This document shows, piece by piece, positions 28,564 through 44,212 of a stretch of 64,000 nucleotides of DNA. This DNA is from the human T2T-CHM13v2.0 reference genome, Homo sapiens, in assembly GCF_009914755.1 (NCBI RefSeq), contig NC_060928.1; one strand, written 5' to 3'. The position numbers and the translations under genes are program-made. Position 1 is the stretch's first letter. The number at the start of each line of letters is the position of its first letter. Below the pieces are notes generated by a model that searched no databases, was not told the DNA's origin, and saw only the letters and a program-made list of their open reading frames with translations.

Positions 28564-31500
28564 CAGACAGTGAATATTTTGTTCAAGGGCTGAACCAATA
28601 AGTAAGCAAGAACTTTGAAAGATATTTCAAAACTCTCTTCTTTTCCATATATGAGTTACTGTTTTTCATGATTATGATTATTTATAAAGCCTCTAAATTA
28701 AATAAAAAGTGGTTAGTAGACATTTGTAAAAAGTACATGAGGATAAATCAACTCTCAAGGGTAAAGCAGACAACCAAGAATTAGTCTTGTACTGTGACGG
28801 GACCATCTTTGATTTTTGAAATTTTCTTAAAGCATGTAATACATGTGTACTACCTTTTTCATTTATTATTTTATTATTCCTTGTTATTTTTTCTCAAAGT
28901 ACTTGATAATATTTGTATTTGTATTGTATTTTTTTAGCAAGAACAGTAAAGTAAAACAGATATGTGTAAAAGCTTATAGATAACTACATTTTCCTAGAAA
29001 GAACTCTGACCAAAAGCTTACTGGACCTTAATTCATCAAATAACAAAGGTCTATTCTCAGCATGTTTTAGACTAGAACAATAAATTATCTTACCTCCAGC
29101 AATTCTAGAATTTATTATTACTGACTTGATCCTTCTAAAACATACAATTTCACCACACACTGGAAATGTATGGTGTTCAAACAAAACCATTATCAATCTT
29201 GGATCACCAGAAAAGCAGAAAGGAAGAAAGACTTTTAAGGAGTGAAAACTTTAATAAGAAAAATCTAATATGTGGCTTTGTTTGCCTAAAATTATAATTA
29301 TACATATCCTACATAATAGTAATAGTAAACTTGAAAGTATTAATAGGAAATTGGTATGAGTATATACAAAAAAAACGGGAATGAATAAGTGCGAGACAAA
29401 GAAAAAAGAGGAAGAGGAAAAGAAGAATTTTTAAGTCCAAGTATATGAAAAACATATCTCTAGTAGAGTCCATAGAACTGCTGAGCTTAATATTCTCTGA
29501 TCTGGTCTCAATGGCTTCAACTTAGATTTGACTTTGCATTTTACTGACTATCTTGGAAAAAGTTCTATGGCAGCCCAGCCAAGCAGCAACATGGAAACTA
29601 AAATCTCTATTACTTAGAGATCAAATGCAAATTGTATTTTATGCAATATCTTTTATTTGCATCACAAATCTTATGAGCCAATGAATTCCTTTCTGTAGGG
29701 TGTCCTGTGTCTTTAGTAGTAAGAGGCAGGAGATAAAAAGAAGGTTTGCGCAAGTATTGGATTGTTTACCTGATTTTTTTATTTAACCATTACACACACT
29801 TGTCAAAATTTGACCCCTTCAGATCAGCAAGAGACAGCTTCTGATAAGACTAAGACACTGTTTTATTTAATCTCTATTCAAAATGAGGACATCACAATTA
29901 TAGCTCCATATTGTGCAGTCCTGATAAAGTTCAGAGAAAAAGCAGCACCTTCTGAAGCATAGGTGATACCTAACAGTGGTTTAGACTAAGAGCTTTGGCA
30001 TCTCTCCAGTGGGCATAAGTAGGCAGTAGATGTTTAATGCAAAACATAGGAAGAAATGGACATACCAAAAGTTAACGGCCATAATTTATAAGGAGAATTT
30101 CCAGACTTTCTAGCAAGCCAACTATTCATGAATAGATTTATAAAATGGGTACTGATTCTTTTGGCCTAATGTGATCTAATCTTAGCTTTTTAAGGACCGT
30201 CATTTCTTTATTGAAATTCTTTTAATGTAAATTTTATTGCAATAGAAATTTTGTTAAAGTAGCTATCATCTTTGATATAAAAATTACATATCCTAAATTG
30301 GTTATCTCTGTTTCCTTAAACCATAACTTCATCAAATTTTATATTCTTTCTTTTTGTGTAACATCTACATAGATTTCTAGGGAAATTTTTTATACTGCTT
30401 TGCAATTATGATTAAATGATTTGCTATACATTGTACTTTATTTTTTGTTTGATGATAATTATGCGATTATCTTCAGATAACCTAAATTTAATCATTTTCT
30501 TACTTAAAAGTAAATAACACTACCTAGACTAATTGCCATTTGAAAATAATTGATTGATTTTTATAAAAATATATTAATCTCAAATTTTATGTATCATCTT
30601 TAATCACTTGGATTTTTCTATACTTAAAAAAAATTTTAATTTCTCTTGATGCCTAAAGATTGTTAAGTGGTCAGTAAAACCATTGTAATATTATCTTGTT
30701 TTTCCATTTCCTTTACAGACACTAGATTAACTTCTCATTTTTTTATAACAGGTACATGTACTCATCATAATTTTTCCATATTTTTTCCCTTCATAATTAG
30801 AATGGAGCCCAGCTCTTTAATTTCAGAGATTGTTACAAAGAAGAAAATGGTAGCAGGTAAAGTCATCAGCTTTCCTTAAAATTTAGGAAAATATAAGACA
30901 ATTGACAAGAAATTTAGTGTTCTGTGGGAGAAATAGGATATTTAAGACAGGTGAGGAATATAGAGATGTGAAGGTGAGGGAAAATTTCAGGGAATGGAAA
31001 ATTGGGAGAATATCTCATAGCACAGGAAAACTCAACAGTACTTTCTAGCATGGTATTATCTTTAAAAGACTTGCTAAGGGTGAAAATTTGATAAATATTG
31101 AAAAACTTTCAATTCAAGATAGCCCATTGGATATATGCACTGCCGTCTTCTCCCTTAGTCATGGAAATTATTAAAAAGATATAGGGTAAGCTGTATTACT
31201 AACCAAATATTTACAACAGGAATTCTTGATGGAGTAGAAGATGGGTCTAATCTCTAAACAATCCAAAGTGAGAAAATTTAGGCTAAATGTGCTTCAAAAT
31301 GTGATCAATGTGGGAACCCCATGCCCATAGGTGGTGGATAATAAAAGCATAAGTGGGTTCTAGATCAAACAAAAAGTTGTTTACTTAGGAAAACAGCACT
31401 TAAAGCAACCAGTCAGGTTAAACCTTGTGCCCCTACTCGTGACTCTTGGAATAAGTGACCGCAACAGAATTGCCATTCTACAGTGTGGTGAAGTCTCTGG

Positions 31501-32729
31501 GATTATGGAATCTGTTATTAACCCACGTGGCCAGAACACTTTGGAGGGTAGAATGACTCTGGGCCCAAGAAAACATCTGTATAGACACTTCAATCCATGG
31601 GACCGTTTGACTTTTCCTCAATAGTGAGACTAACGATATTTGTATTCAATACCATCTGTAGATTTTTCCCTTGAATTACAAATTATAAACATTTTACCAT
31701 TATCAGACGTGATTGTATTTTAATCCTTGATTTATATTCATTTTTATGTATTCTTCCTTCTATTCTTGTGCTATAGTTTTCCAAGTATTTCTTCCAGTTT
31801 TACTCATATGTTAACATTGATTTTGATGCCCTTCAAATTATAAAAACTTTAAATTTTGAAAATATTTCAAACATTTTTTATCATTTTAAGTGTTTTCCAT
31901 CTGAATTGCACAGACATTTCATGTAATACGTCTAAAATAAATATCAATTTAAAAATCTCATATTAACTTTCTAAATTATCACTGTGAGACCTATGAGATA
32001 GGAGAATAGACAGTAATTTGGGAAAAAAGCTACAAATGTTTAATAGAGAAGTAGCTAAATCATAGCATGCTTATGCAGTACAATGTGATGCTTTGATATA
32101 AAACAAAAATTTAAATACATGAGTAGTTAAGTGGATAGAGGAATGGACAAATTATAGATACAGAGAAATGTGTGTGTTTCTGTGTGTTTATGTTTATGAC
32201 ATTATCATAAATCCAAGAAATATGAATGATGATTATCTCTCCTTGTTAGAAAGAGAGTATATTATTTATATAACTAAAACAACTAATGTTTTAATTGTTT
32301 TTAATTTAATTTAATTTTAACTTTTTACAAGTTAAGAGAAAAAGGAGTCTGATCATTTGAGGTTGACCCTGCTCTAAAGTGGTGAATGAAATCTCCAAAA
32401 CCATTTGATTCTTACATTAGGTCTTTCTTTTCCTTTGGCCTAAAGGACACCATTTTCTATGATTTCTACTTTTCATCTTTACATTTTGAAAATGTTTTTC
32501 ATTCTTTTGCAGCGCTTTTGTATACACCATTTAAATGTTAGATTTTATTCTTGATTTTCTTTTCATGAAAAGAAGAGGGGTGTCTTAAGGTTACATCTTC
32601 ACCTTCAAGCACCATTTATAAACTAACGTTTTTTTAAATTGATATTTCTTGTTATAATTGGAGTCCTCCATAGCTGCCTCAATCACTTCATAAGAATGCT
32701 ATTTATTGATGTCAAATATTCTGGAACAG

Positions 32730-33089
<360 letters not shown>

Positions 33090-34119
33090 TTATATATAAT
33101 TTTATATCTAAATATATATATAGGAATATACATGAAAGAAATACATGGATGAGATGATATTTACCAACAGCCTAAACATTTTCAATGCCCCAGAACTTGT
33201 GTAGTATGAATTTCCTTTGTCTTGGGTTGGGGCAGCTGAGAGGATTTTTCAGAGCTTATTGCAAAACTGTTTCAAGGAAAAAGGCTCACTGCCTCCAGGA
33301 GATAAAATGAAGCTATATCATTTATGTAGGAGGAAATTACAGGAAGAGACACAATTCCACTTTACCTTACTTCAGAATCTAATAGACAAATTTCTCTTTA
33401 TAAACTAGGGAGCAAAGAAATACTACTTCTATACAAAGACAGATTCCTTGCAGGTATTTTGAAAGTGTTATATGGCTCCTTTTTCATTATAAATAGACAA
33501 CTTACTTTCTTATAAGAAAGCCATACACCTTGGATGAACTCGATTAAAATAAATAGAAAATAGTATACTTTGAAAACCCTATGAAAAGAAAAAGACATTA
33601 AATGGAACTTTATGAAATTCCATATAGAGGGTTCCCTAAGGATTTCAAATTTTTAAAACAGCACTTCAAAAGTCATGTTTATCTGGAATATCAAAAAAAT
33701 CCAACATCCCCTAAACACTATATACCTAAAATGTCATATTCTAGACATAATTCTAATGCAAAAATTGTACAAAAGTACCATCTCTTGAATGGTTGAAATT
33801 CATTCTGTGCATATGCAGCTAATATTTGGTTTCATCCCTAAATAATGTTATCATTGTTTAGTTGAGGTTCTCTGTGTCAAGTTAACTCCGGGGCGATGTT
33901 TCCCATGGTCAATTAAGAAGAAAAAGTTGGTAGAAGAGTATTTTAGTCACCCCAAATCTATTCCTAATGGTGGCTGAGACATTTCTGAACATGAAGTTAT
34001 CATTACAAAAATGGGAAACGTATTTTAAGATGCTATCCTTTAACTACAAAGTTCTATGCACTTTGAAGAACAATGTCCAGATAAGGACAAAAACTTTGGT
34101 GTAATCAGGATGCAGAGAT

Positions 34120-35225
34120 GCAAAAGCACTATAAATGTTATATACAATTTGTTATAGAGACTCTAGCTTATGTAATTGTGAGAGCTGGCCAAAAACTCTC
34201 TGTAAGGCAAATTTCTTCATGCCGGTTACCGGAGCTTTAAGTCCTCAAGGTAGATAGTTGGGAAGGGAAGATGTGTGTAAAGTGAGAAAGATCAAAAACA
34301 AAGTGGAGTCCATAATCGTGGGCTCATACACACAAAAATGAACTGGAACCTATGAATATTAATCTTCTATTGCTGCTCTAACACACTACCACAAATGTAT
34401 TGCCTGAAAAACCCAAATGTATTATCATACAGTTCTGGAGTCAGCAGTCTGAAATAGGTCTTAATGAAACAATATTGAGTTGTTTACAGGGATTTGCTCC
34501 TTTTGGAGGCTCTAGAGGAAAATCTGTTTCCTTGCTTTTTCCAACACCTAGAGGCTGCCTACATTCCTGGGCTCATGGTTCCTTCCTCCACTTTAAAAGC
34601 CAGCAGCATAGTAGCTTCACGATGATATTTGCTTTTACTGCTTTTATTGCCACATTACTTTGTTGGATTCTGACTGTCCTGTCTCTCTCTCTTCTAAGTT
34701 CTCATGTGATTACATTGAGCCCATCCTGATAACCCAAGATAAATTTTCCATTTTAAGATCTTTAACTTAATTATATCTGCAAAGTTTCTTTAATATTTAA
34801 GGTAATATTTGCATAGGTTTGAGGATTAGGACGTGGATACCTTAGTGGGGGGCAATATTCTACCCACCCACAACATGCCAGTTCTTACTACCTCCAACCT
34901 TGCTGATGTAGTGCCTTTCATGAAAAGCAGTTGCCCATTTTAGGGAGCTAATTCCACATTTGGCCGGGAAGTTGAAAAAACTAAAGGAAGGGAAGGTGGC
35001 AAAGTTGTGGACCCAGCTTCTGCTCACATAAACAAGGTGATTCAGCACACAAATAACATAAGTGAGCTACAAATCTTCTGTTGACCTGGCCCCAATCTTT
35101 AGAGCACAAAAAGCAATTATGCCACTGCTTCACAAATCACATGCAAAACTGTCTCTTGTAGCACAGCCTAACAAGGGAATTCTGGAAAGGTAATTTATCC
35201 TAGTGAAGTTGACACATTAGAAAGT
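34120..35225 (-). mobile_element. Old ERVL-type LTR (MLT2-like) hosting an MLT1 insertion
   Basis: gcttatgtaattgtgagagctggcc at one end and tagtgaagttgacacattag at the other; family uncertain. Confidence 0.45.
34356..34872 (-). mobile_element. MaLR solo LTR (MLT1C/D-like)
   Basis: tacagttctggagtcagcagtctgaaataggtct, ggaggctctagaggaaaatctgtttccttgc, gattaggacgtggatacc motifs. Confidence 0.8.
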
Positions 35226-36624
35226 CATAGTTTCTAATGAGTATGCTGCGTTACGCTAAGTTGATGATTATTGAAGCAGTCCAAGTTTTGCTCCTTGGGG
35301 GACTGACTACCTTTACAACATAATATCAATCCTAGTCTCTAGTTAGCAAGTCTTTTTAGTTTGCTATAGCTGAACAAACTGTTATTTGTTTCAGGTATTC
35401 AGTATCATATCTAAGTCCTCCTTATATCCCAATATTAAATTCATAACATCTTACTAACAGTTGGCTTTCTTTGGTCATATATTAGTAGAAATTCAAGTTC
35501 CTTGAAAAATGTGGCTTACACTGCTTGAATGAATAATTGTGTTGTAGATACTTGTTAACTGTTATGAGCAGGCAACCTGCCTTATATTTTTAAACATACT
35601 CAAGTTATTAAACAATATCCCACTATCTCAAAATAAAATTTATTATTTGAATTTATTATTCAACTAATCTCGTTTCATATGATTACTTTAGAAATAATCA
35701 ACTGTTATATATGTTCAAGAATGTAGATTATTTTATATGGATATTTCTCTGAAAGAACCTGACATAGTATTCATTCTAAGGCTTTGATTTGTTCAGTTAG
35801 ATGTGTTAGGCTAGAAGAGAAAGTATGCTCAGCTCTGGGACAGCTGAAGGCAGTATGAATAATCAGATGAACCCATTTATCTTGTTGAGTGGGTAGGATA
35901 TTTGGGTGAGAAAAGCTGAGAGGTTAGAAATAAACACTGGTAGTAAGCAATGAGCCTCAGGTGACTTTTTCAACCTGGATCTAGCTTGACTTTTTCCATT
36001 ACACCCACAATTATAATGCCCCAGCCAAAATGAATTCATGACTGAATTATAGTTCTCAACTAACTTCCCCTCCTTTGTTATCAGACAAAGTTGGAACTTG
36101 CATCAGTTCCAACTTTAAAAAATGCCTTTTTGAAACCTTTCTTAAGCCGCATTCCCAAAGATTTAATTGTTCCATATTTTTTCCTAGGACTTTATCCATA
36201 AAAATATAATGATTTTTTGCCATATTGAAATAACTTTACAATATCTATGTCAATGCACACTTAAATAATGATATATTTCATAATGTTTAAGAATATGGAC
36301 TCTGGAACCAAACAGACCAAGGATGTAATCCTAGCTTTGTTATCTAGCAGCTGAGTTACTTGGACAGTTTAACAACCTCTCTTAATTTTCTCATCTACAC
36401 AACACTGTTGTAAGAATATAATGATAATATGCTTTTCACAGTGCCTACCATAATGCTTCTTCAATCAACATCAGTTATTAATAATAACATTATTAATTCA
36501 TATGTATCTCATAATTTTTTGCAAAATGTTTTCATGTCATACATCAAATTTTCTTGTTAATATAAAAATATGATATATTATGCTAGTATTAGGGTCATAG
36601 ATTTATACTATCATTGAATTATTA

Positions 36625-36927
<303 letters not shown>

Positions 36928-37759
36928 TTACCAATGTGGCCATATATTACCCATTTAATTAGCTGGTTGACATATGAACCTGAAAATGATATCCTCTGAA
37001 ACAAATTCCTGATTCTCTGGCTGTCATTTATTGATCTGTAATGTGAGAAAGTATAGGGGAGAGAATGAGGAGACTTCACATAGAGATTTTTCTCAATGGT
37101 GCAGAGATCTCCTTCCAATCTTATGAAGATTGGTTGGGTGCTCTAATTGCATTTTTTTCATTTGTGTTTCTTGGAATAATGAAATAGTTACTGACAGTCA
37201 CCTGATTTTTCCTGGAATTTTCATTCTAAGTCTTTCATCTTGTGTAAACGATTAGCCAGTTTCATAAACAAGAGGTAGAAACATATCTCACATTTATTGT
37301 ATTTTATTTTCTCAACATACATTCACATTACCTTCTTCATTATTTTAATCTTTTTTTCACCATAGTCAGTTCCAGTATTTACACATGTAGTAATGTACAC
37401 AGTAGTTTAATACATTCATGTTCATGATAACACTTATTTATTGGTTCCCTGAATTTATTTCTTCACCTCTCCTGAAAGACTGAGCTCTTGAAGAGCAAGA
37501 ATCAAGCTGCATTTATTTTTGTAGTCCTACCTCCGGAGACTGCACTCCTCGATTCCATAAATAAACTTTATCTAGCATATGTAAAATATATTAGCCCAAT
37601 ACTGATGCTTTTATCTGTATCCGTTGAGTGTCTAGCCAATTTTGTAATCACAGATCTTTAGACTAAGGGTCCAATGTAGGCTGACCCAACTAAAGTCTCC
37701 CCTGGAAATGTGAAATTGGCATGTAGAGAGAATTAGGTAACTATTTGAGGTTAGCCATA

Positions 37760-38340
37760 GAATGCTATATAAATTATAGTGCCTTGTAAAAAAATACTCT
37801 GAAACATATTGGCTTACAAAAACAACCATTGTATTTGCTCAAAACTTTGTAGTTTGGCTGAGCAGAGCTCAGCTGGATTGGCACATTTCTGATATATTTG
37901 GTATAGACTGAATTTGCTCATTGGGCTAAGATTTAATTTGAAAATCCAAGATGGCATCACCCATATGCAATTAGTCCCCCCTCCCTAGTTGCAATGGCTG
38001 GGAAATTAGGGCCTTTCTTTTCATGGTCTTTCATTCTCCAGGACCTCTTGGCTTGTAATGTTTATACCTCCAGACCCTTTCTCTCCATCTATCTACAGTA
38101 ACAGGATATTTAGGATATCTTTACTTGGTGACTCAGGGTTCAAAGAGTAAAAGCAGAAAATGCAAAACCCCTTAAGGTCCAAGCATGGACTGTGCAAAAT
38201 ATCAGTTCCACTACATTGTATCCATTTCAATAAGCCGTAAGTCCTGCCTGACTCAGTGAAGGAGGACATTGCACACAGATATGGATTCATAGTGATGTGA
38301 TTAATTGGTAGGGAGTGATTAACTGTTTGGGAGTAATTGG
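37760..38340 (-). mobile_element. Old MaLR LTR (MLT1I-L-like)
   Basis: ggcttacaaaaacaaccattgtatttgctc, tccaagatggcatcac motifs; boundaries approximate. Confidence 0.55.
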
Positions 38341-41300
38341 TGGTGGTGATTAGCAATTTATCCTGAGTTCTAGTCATCAGATCCTCCCATGCACATTCTC
38401 TCAATCTTACATAAAATGCTATGCAGACTCAATAGCAGATTTCACATCCTGATGAGAACACTGCCTCTTTAATATTGAAATTCTGACTCTAGGGCTAAAT
38501 CTGCTATCTTGGTCTATGTATTGTAAAAGTCTATTGCCAAAGACTGGTAGTAGAAGGGAGAAGGTATCCAGGACAAAGCTGAATAGAAACCATGTGTGTG
38601 TGTGTCTATGTATCTGTATGTGTGCTGGAGTCAGAAACGGTTTACTGGTGAGACAGAGAGAGACAGAGAAAGATAATCTGCCTAGGTTTCAGATGGCTTT
38701 CTAGTCTCTGGTCTTTGGTGAAGTCCAACAGTGCTTGCTCACTTGGTTTTCTTGTACTGAACCTAAGACATAACGATAGATGCTATGAGCCTAAATATCT
38801 GGAATAAATTTTTGTCTCTGGAAGTAAACACTGTATAAGTAAGATATTTGAATTAATAATGGGGTTTTTGTTAAGATGAAATCTACAAAATTTAACACAA
38901 ATCCATTATCTTGATCATTATTATCAATAATAATTCAATTCCATGCCTGTACATTCTACTCTAAAATGCTTCCTGTGTGAACTTAAGTTTTGTTATTCAC
39001 TTACTTGCTTTAAATTTCCTCTAAATATTACATTGATTGTTTATAATCTGCCATTGCTTTTCTCTCTTGCCTCATGTCTCACCAGTTCCCACCAAGGACT
39101 ACATGTTTCTGCCCTGCAGCATCACTGAATTTTCTTGTAAAATGCTATTTCTCCATTATCTTCCAATGTTGGTTTTTATTCTTAACTATACCGAGAATAC
39201 CTTTCTCCACCTCTTCTTTCCCATGACCATTCTCATCTCCCACCCTTTCCAAATATAGTTCCTATTCAATTTTCAAGCCAAAACTCTTCTCCTAAGAGAA
39301 CCTAGGAGATGGCTAGTATTTATCATCCCACTTTTGTAAATACTTGTTTGCTATCTATATCTCCAACTGGACTATAAATTCAAGAACAAAATGACGTTTT
39401 TATTCTAGGTATTTTACACACTGCACCTAACAATAAAGCTTAATGGAATTAGCTGATATATATCTTATCTGTCTTCTTTTATTTGATAATCTTATTTTGA
39501 TTTGCAAGTTAGTTTAAGATTCATCTATGATCTGTTAACAATGTATTTCATTTTGCTTTCAGTCTCACTAATACAGATACTTTATTTGCAAATAGTTGTA
39601 GAGAAAAATAATCTTCCATCCTTCTTTCACATTTAAATTCAAGAGACCAATACTATGACTTTATACAAGAAAATCAGAGATTAAAACACATTAAGTAAAA
39701 TGTCTTTGGACACAGTTGATTAATTACCCAACCTTCATGCCCCATCTTGCAGTTTTGTAGTCTTTCTTAGCCAACCTATTTACAAGTATTTGCCCCTAAT
39801 GTTATTTTAAACTGTTTAATTAAATGTTTTCACATTAAAGTACTTCTATAATTTAATTCTTAATTATATTTAAATATTATTTTACTGTTAATTTTATCTC
39901 TGCTACATTTTCAACCTGATATTCTAACTTAGTTGGTCATTATCAGTTACCATCATTATGAAAATTAATAATAAATGTATTTTTACATCCACATGCAAAG
40001 CACACTTTTGCTTTGAGGTTTATTTTACTTATACTCCTTAAGTATGCTTCTTATCCTTTTGCAATTTTAGTCTCACAATCAATTCTTCCTTTCTTTTTGC
40101 CTGAATTTTTACTTAGGGTATAGCAGTAGGAAAAAGTAACTAAATAATCTAATTTCTAACTGAAGTAAATCACTTACTACTTTTCCTCAATACTAGCATT
40201 TCGAAAATACTACGTTACATCTGACATCCACATAAACTGTATGATTCATTAGGATTTTTAAAATTTGAAGGAGATTTAGAATATAGAAATCCAGTTTATC
40301 ATCAGTACACTAGAAAATTGATAGAGAAATTCCTTTAATGATAAGCTCTTAGTGTGCAAAACCCTTCAGGTACAAAAGCAAACCTATAACCAATGGAAAA
40401 CAGATGGCAAAAATAGTGCTCAATAGTATCTTCGGATTGAAAAAAATGAGAAAGATTTATAAACAGCCTTGCAGAAATGAACTAGTTCATAAGTAGCAGA
40501 ACTTTGCTCTCTCTCATTATATAGCCTGTAATTTAAACTGCCCATATTATGAGACAAAAAGATTTTCTGGTCTTTCTTTGCAAATGTGAATATAGAGAAT
40601 AATGGACTATACTTTTGTGCTGGAATTAAACAAATCAGGGTACCAGTTGGGTATCTTATTAAACTCACATGGTATCTTAGTTATCTATGGAAGGATAACA
40701 AATGACTCCAAACTCAAACTCTTTAGACAACAAAGACATAGTATCTCACATGTGTGTTATCACAAGTAAACTTACCTAGATACTCTCTTTAATCCTGTAG
40801 ATTTTTATTTGTATTTCTATTTATTTATTTACTTATTTTAAGTTATTGGCCCCTGCTTCTCTCTTGGTCTTGAACACTGCATCCCAATTTAATAGCAGCT
40901 ACTTTGGGGCCATCTTAAACAAAGAGTCTAGCTAAGATAGCAAGCTCCTTAATCCTATTTGGAATAGGAGGCTCGCAGCCTTTATTAAGTGGAACACAAG
41001 TAACATCCTGCTAAATTTGCAGCTTCATAACAATACTTTTAATTGCTTCAATTTGGGGTATGAAATTAGTGGATATATTAAAGTGCTTCATATGGTGATG
41101 CACTGTCAACTCTGATTACAGGACATGGGCAGACAGCTTCTAACTTAGCCAGAGTCCATACTTTTCCATATTTGCTTAAATATAGGCTGGCCTAAGACCA
41201 AGAATATCTTTCTATAGAACTCAGCTAAAGGTCATAAGAAGAAACCAGTACACAAAGATTTTTTTAAAGTTTTTCTACCATTTCTCTTTTAATATAATTG

Positions 41301-44156
41301 GCAAGAAGTCTGCTCCTACTTCTCAAACTTCATAGCTCTTGACACACCTGGACCAAGGGCCAAAAAAACTATTCTTATTTTCTGCAAGTAAAGTATTTAG
41401 CTAAACACCAGTGATTATATTATTAAGAATATAAATATTGAGGGAAATCGTATAGTGACTCTTGCAACAGAGAAGATTTTTAGCTGAATGCGACATGCAA
41501 ATTAAAATCTTAATTAACACTCGTAACAATTTGTGAATGCTTACCCCCACAAAACTATATGTAAACATAGAAGTAAATAGATAATTTTATAGGCATGATA
41601 AAGATATATAGATACAGATATGTAAATATAGATAGACATAAGCCGTAAGGGGAAAAAATTTAATTTGGCAATGATACCAAAATTTAAATAAAGGCAAACA
41701 TTTTCTCTCTTTCTTTTTCATATATAGACACTTTCTTAATTTAAATGTCAATTATTGAGGTCACCTTAAAATGCCTTAGAAGATATTTGAGAAGAGTAAA
41801 TTGCCTAAAATAATTCTGTATCAGATATTTTGCTTATATAAATTTTACATTTCCTCTATTTTTCCAATATTTCTTCTATACTGTTAGTGAAACGTCTTGG
41901 CTAATATGCCTGCCATTCAAAAAGAAACTCATTTTTGGATTGCTATGATTGCTTATGGATGGATGCCATGGCTGCAGTACCAGGAACAAGGTAACTAATT
42001 AGAGAAATGAGATCCTGTGGACTGCCTGAATCTCAACAGAGAATTCTTTGCTGCATATAATTTAATTTAAAGAGACAAGAAAGTAATTTATGCATTTCTG
42101 TTTTCTGAGATACAATGGATACGTTCAGTCATTCTTAAGCTTCAGTTTTCTTAACCAACTTGTGTCAGAAATCATATGACCTTGTCAAGAACATGTATAA
42201 ACTGGAAAAAGATCACAACATATCTCAAAATAGAAATGCACATAACAATTGGGAATAAAAATTACTTATTATTATTAATGTGAATTAATGTGTATGTAAA
42301 TTCCTTCATTATTAATAATTTCTTTAATTTAATTAATAATTTCTCTAATTTAATTAATAATTTCTTTATTATTAATAAAGAAATGCACATACCAATTGGG
42401 AATAAAGATTATTTCTGTACCATAGAATTAAAAGACTATCCTGGAAAGCCAGATGTGAAATTCATGAACAAAACAGCCTATGTATATAAAAATCTAATAA
42501 AGCATTAAAAGACTAAGGTTCATTTTATACTAAATTTTAAGCCAAAATCAGCTATTAGTTTAAGATATTTTTGTTGTTTCCTTAAGGAAGCAACAATCTA
42601 AACATTTTCTACATTGTGGTTGCAAAGATTTTGTGATAAAACTTGAGTTTTAACTTAAATTTTGACTTTTTAATTCATATAGTACATAGATGATATTTAT
42701 TTATAACCAAATGTAATAATAGTTACAAAGGAGTGCTAAAAGTTAAAATTTCTATAAAATACCCATACATTAAATCTAAATGTAAAACAGAAGATATTTC
42801 ACAACCCTCCGCTTGTCCTATAGGTTTTTTTTTTTTAATATAATTGAATTTTAAGAAACTGCACTGATTGGCCAAATCTGTGAATTATTTATATATTTCT
42901 GACTAAAAAAGTTGTACAAACCCGAAGTGCAAAGTAGGAGAAATTAAAAGTGGTGATTCACCTCTTCTGATAAAGTTTGCGTTTCGAAATTTGGATCCCT
43001 CTATCTTTAGCCATAGGCTTGTGTAACAGTAGTGTAAATTAGCAGAGAAAGAGGAAGCTCTGATTCATGTAATTATTGATTATGGCTTTGGTTTCACTGG
43101 AATAGGTGATGACATAACTCAATCTTTAGTCAGAGAAGGCAATTTGATAAATATTAAATGGAATAGGCACTGCCTGTGTGACCATTTCAAACTCCCTCCC
43201 ATCCTCTAGCTTCAGCTACTCCTCAAATAGAAAAATAAAAATTTATATTCCTGTCTCTTTCTTGACATTTCTTGACAAATTATGATCTACCAAAAGAGAA
43301 AACTGATTGTAGAAATCCCATGTTTATAGGCATTTCAAACTCAAGCTGCTCAAGACTACCTCATCACCTTTCCTTACACCTAAAATAAACAAATGTACTT
43401 ATTTACTTATGTAATATTTAATTCTCTATCACTATCCCAACTCAACACCTTTTTTTTTCATAAACCAAGCTCTTCTCCTAAAAGAGTTTGAGAATTGGTA
43501 ATGTTTAATAAAAGGATTCCATTTAAGAAACCATAGAGTTAAAATACAGTTTATATATTTGTTTGGATGCCTATTTGACATTCTACCAATGAAATGCGCA
43601 AGGACAGAGCCTGTGTACGCACGTATCTGTGTGTGTTTTCTGTGTCTCTAAAGTCTGGTAAGTTGGCGATGTAGTTAATCTATCATGAGTTCCATATCTC
43701 AGGCTAGTCAGTTTTCATTTCTTCTATCCTCAAGACAAAACTCTGTCAGTATCAAAACAGATGACAATTTCCATAGATTTCTACCTTCATCATATGTCTT
43801 GAAAAATTTTTGTCCCAGTTTTCGAGTCCACATATCTGTGTCCCAAACTGATAGAGACTCTTTCTGTCCTGGACTGTTTCCAAGATCTCTTAAATTAGTT
43901 TTCTCCCATTTAATTTTAGCTCTTCTAATTTTTCCCACATAGTAGAGTCATGAATGACTCTACTATAATTTGAACTCCCAGGTTCAAATATTTTATAGGT
44001 TACCCGTTAAATATAAAAGCAAATATTTATCAATATGCCAAAAAATATAATCCTTTTTCTTTTCCCATCAACTTTAAAATCTACTAGTAATAGAAGTATT
44101 AAACAGTGCTACTACTATAACTATTACCACTATCTACTATTCTGAGTAGGACTACT

Positions 44157-44160
<4 letters not shown>

Positions 44161-44210
<50 letters not shown>
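44161..44210 (+). repeat. (AC)25 perfect microsatellite
   Basis: Directly visible. Confidence 0.99.

Positions 44211-44212
<2 letters not shown>

Noticed and set aside
29700-31620. Slightly GC-richer stretches that might be old LTR or pseudogene remnants
   Set aside because: No family or protein could be recognised with confidence.
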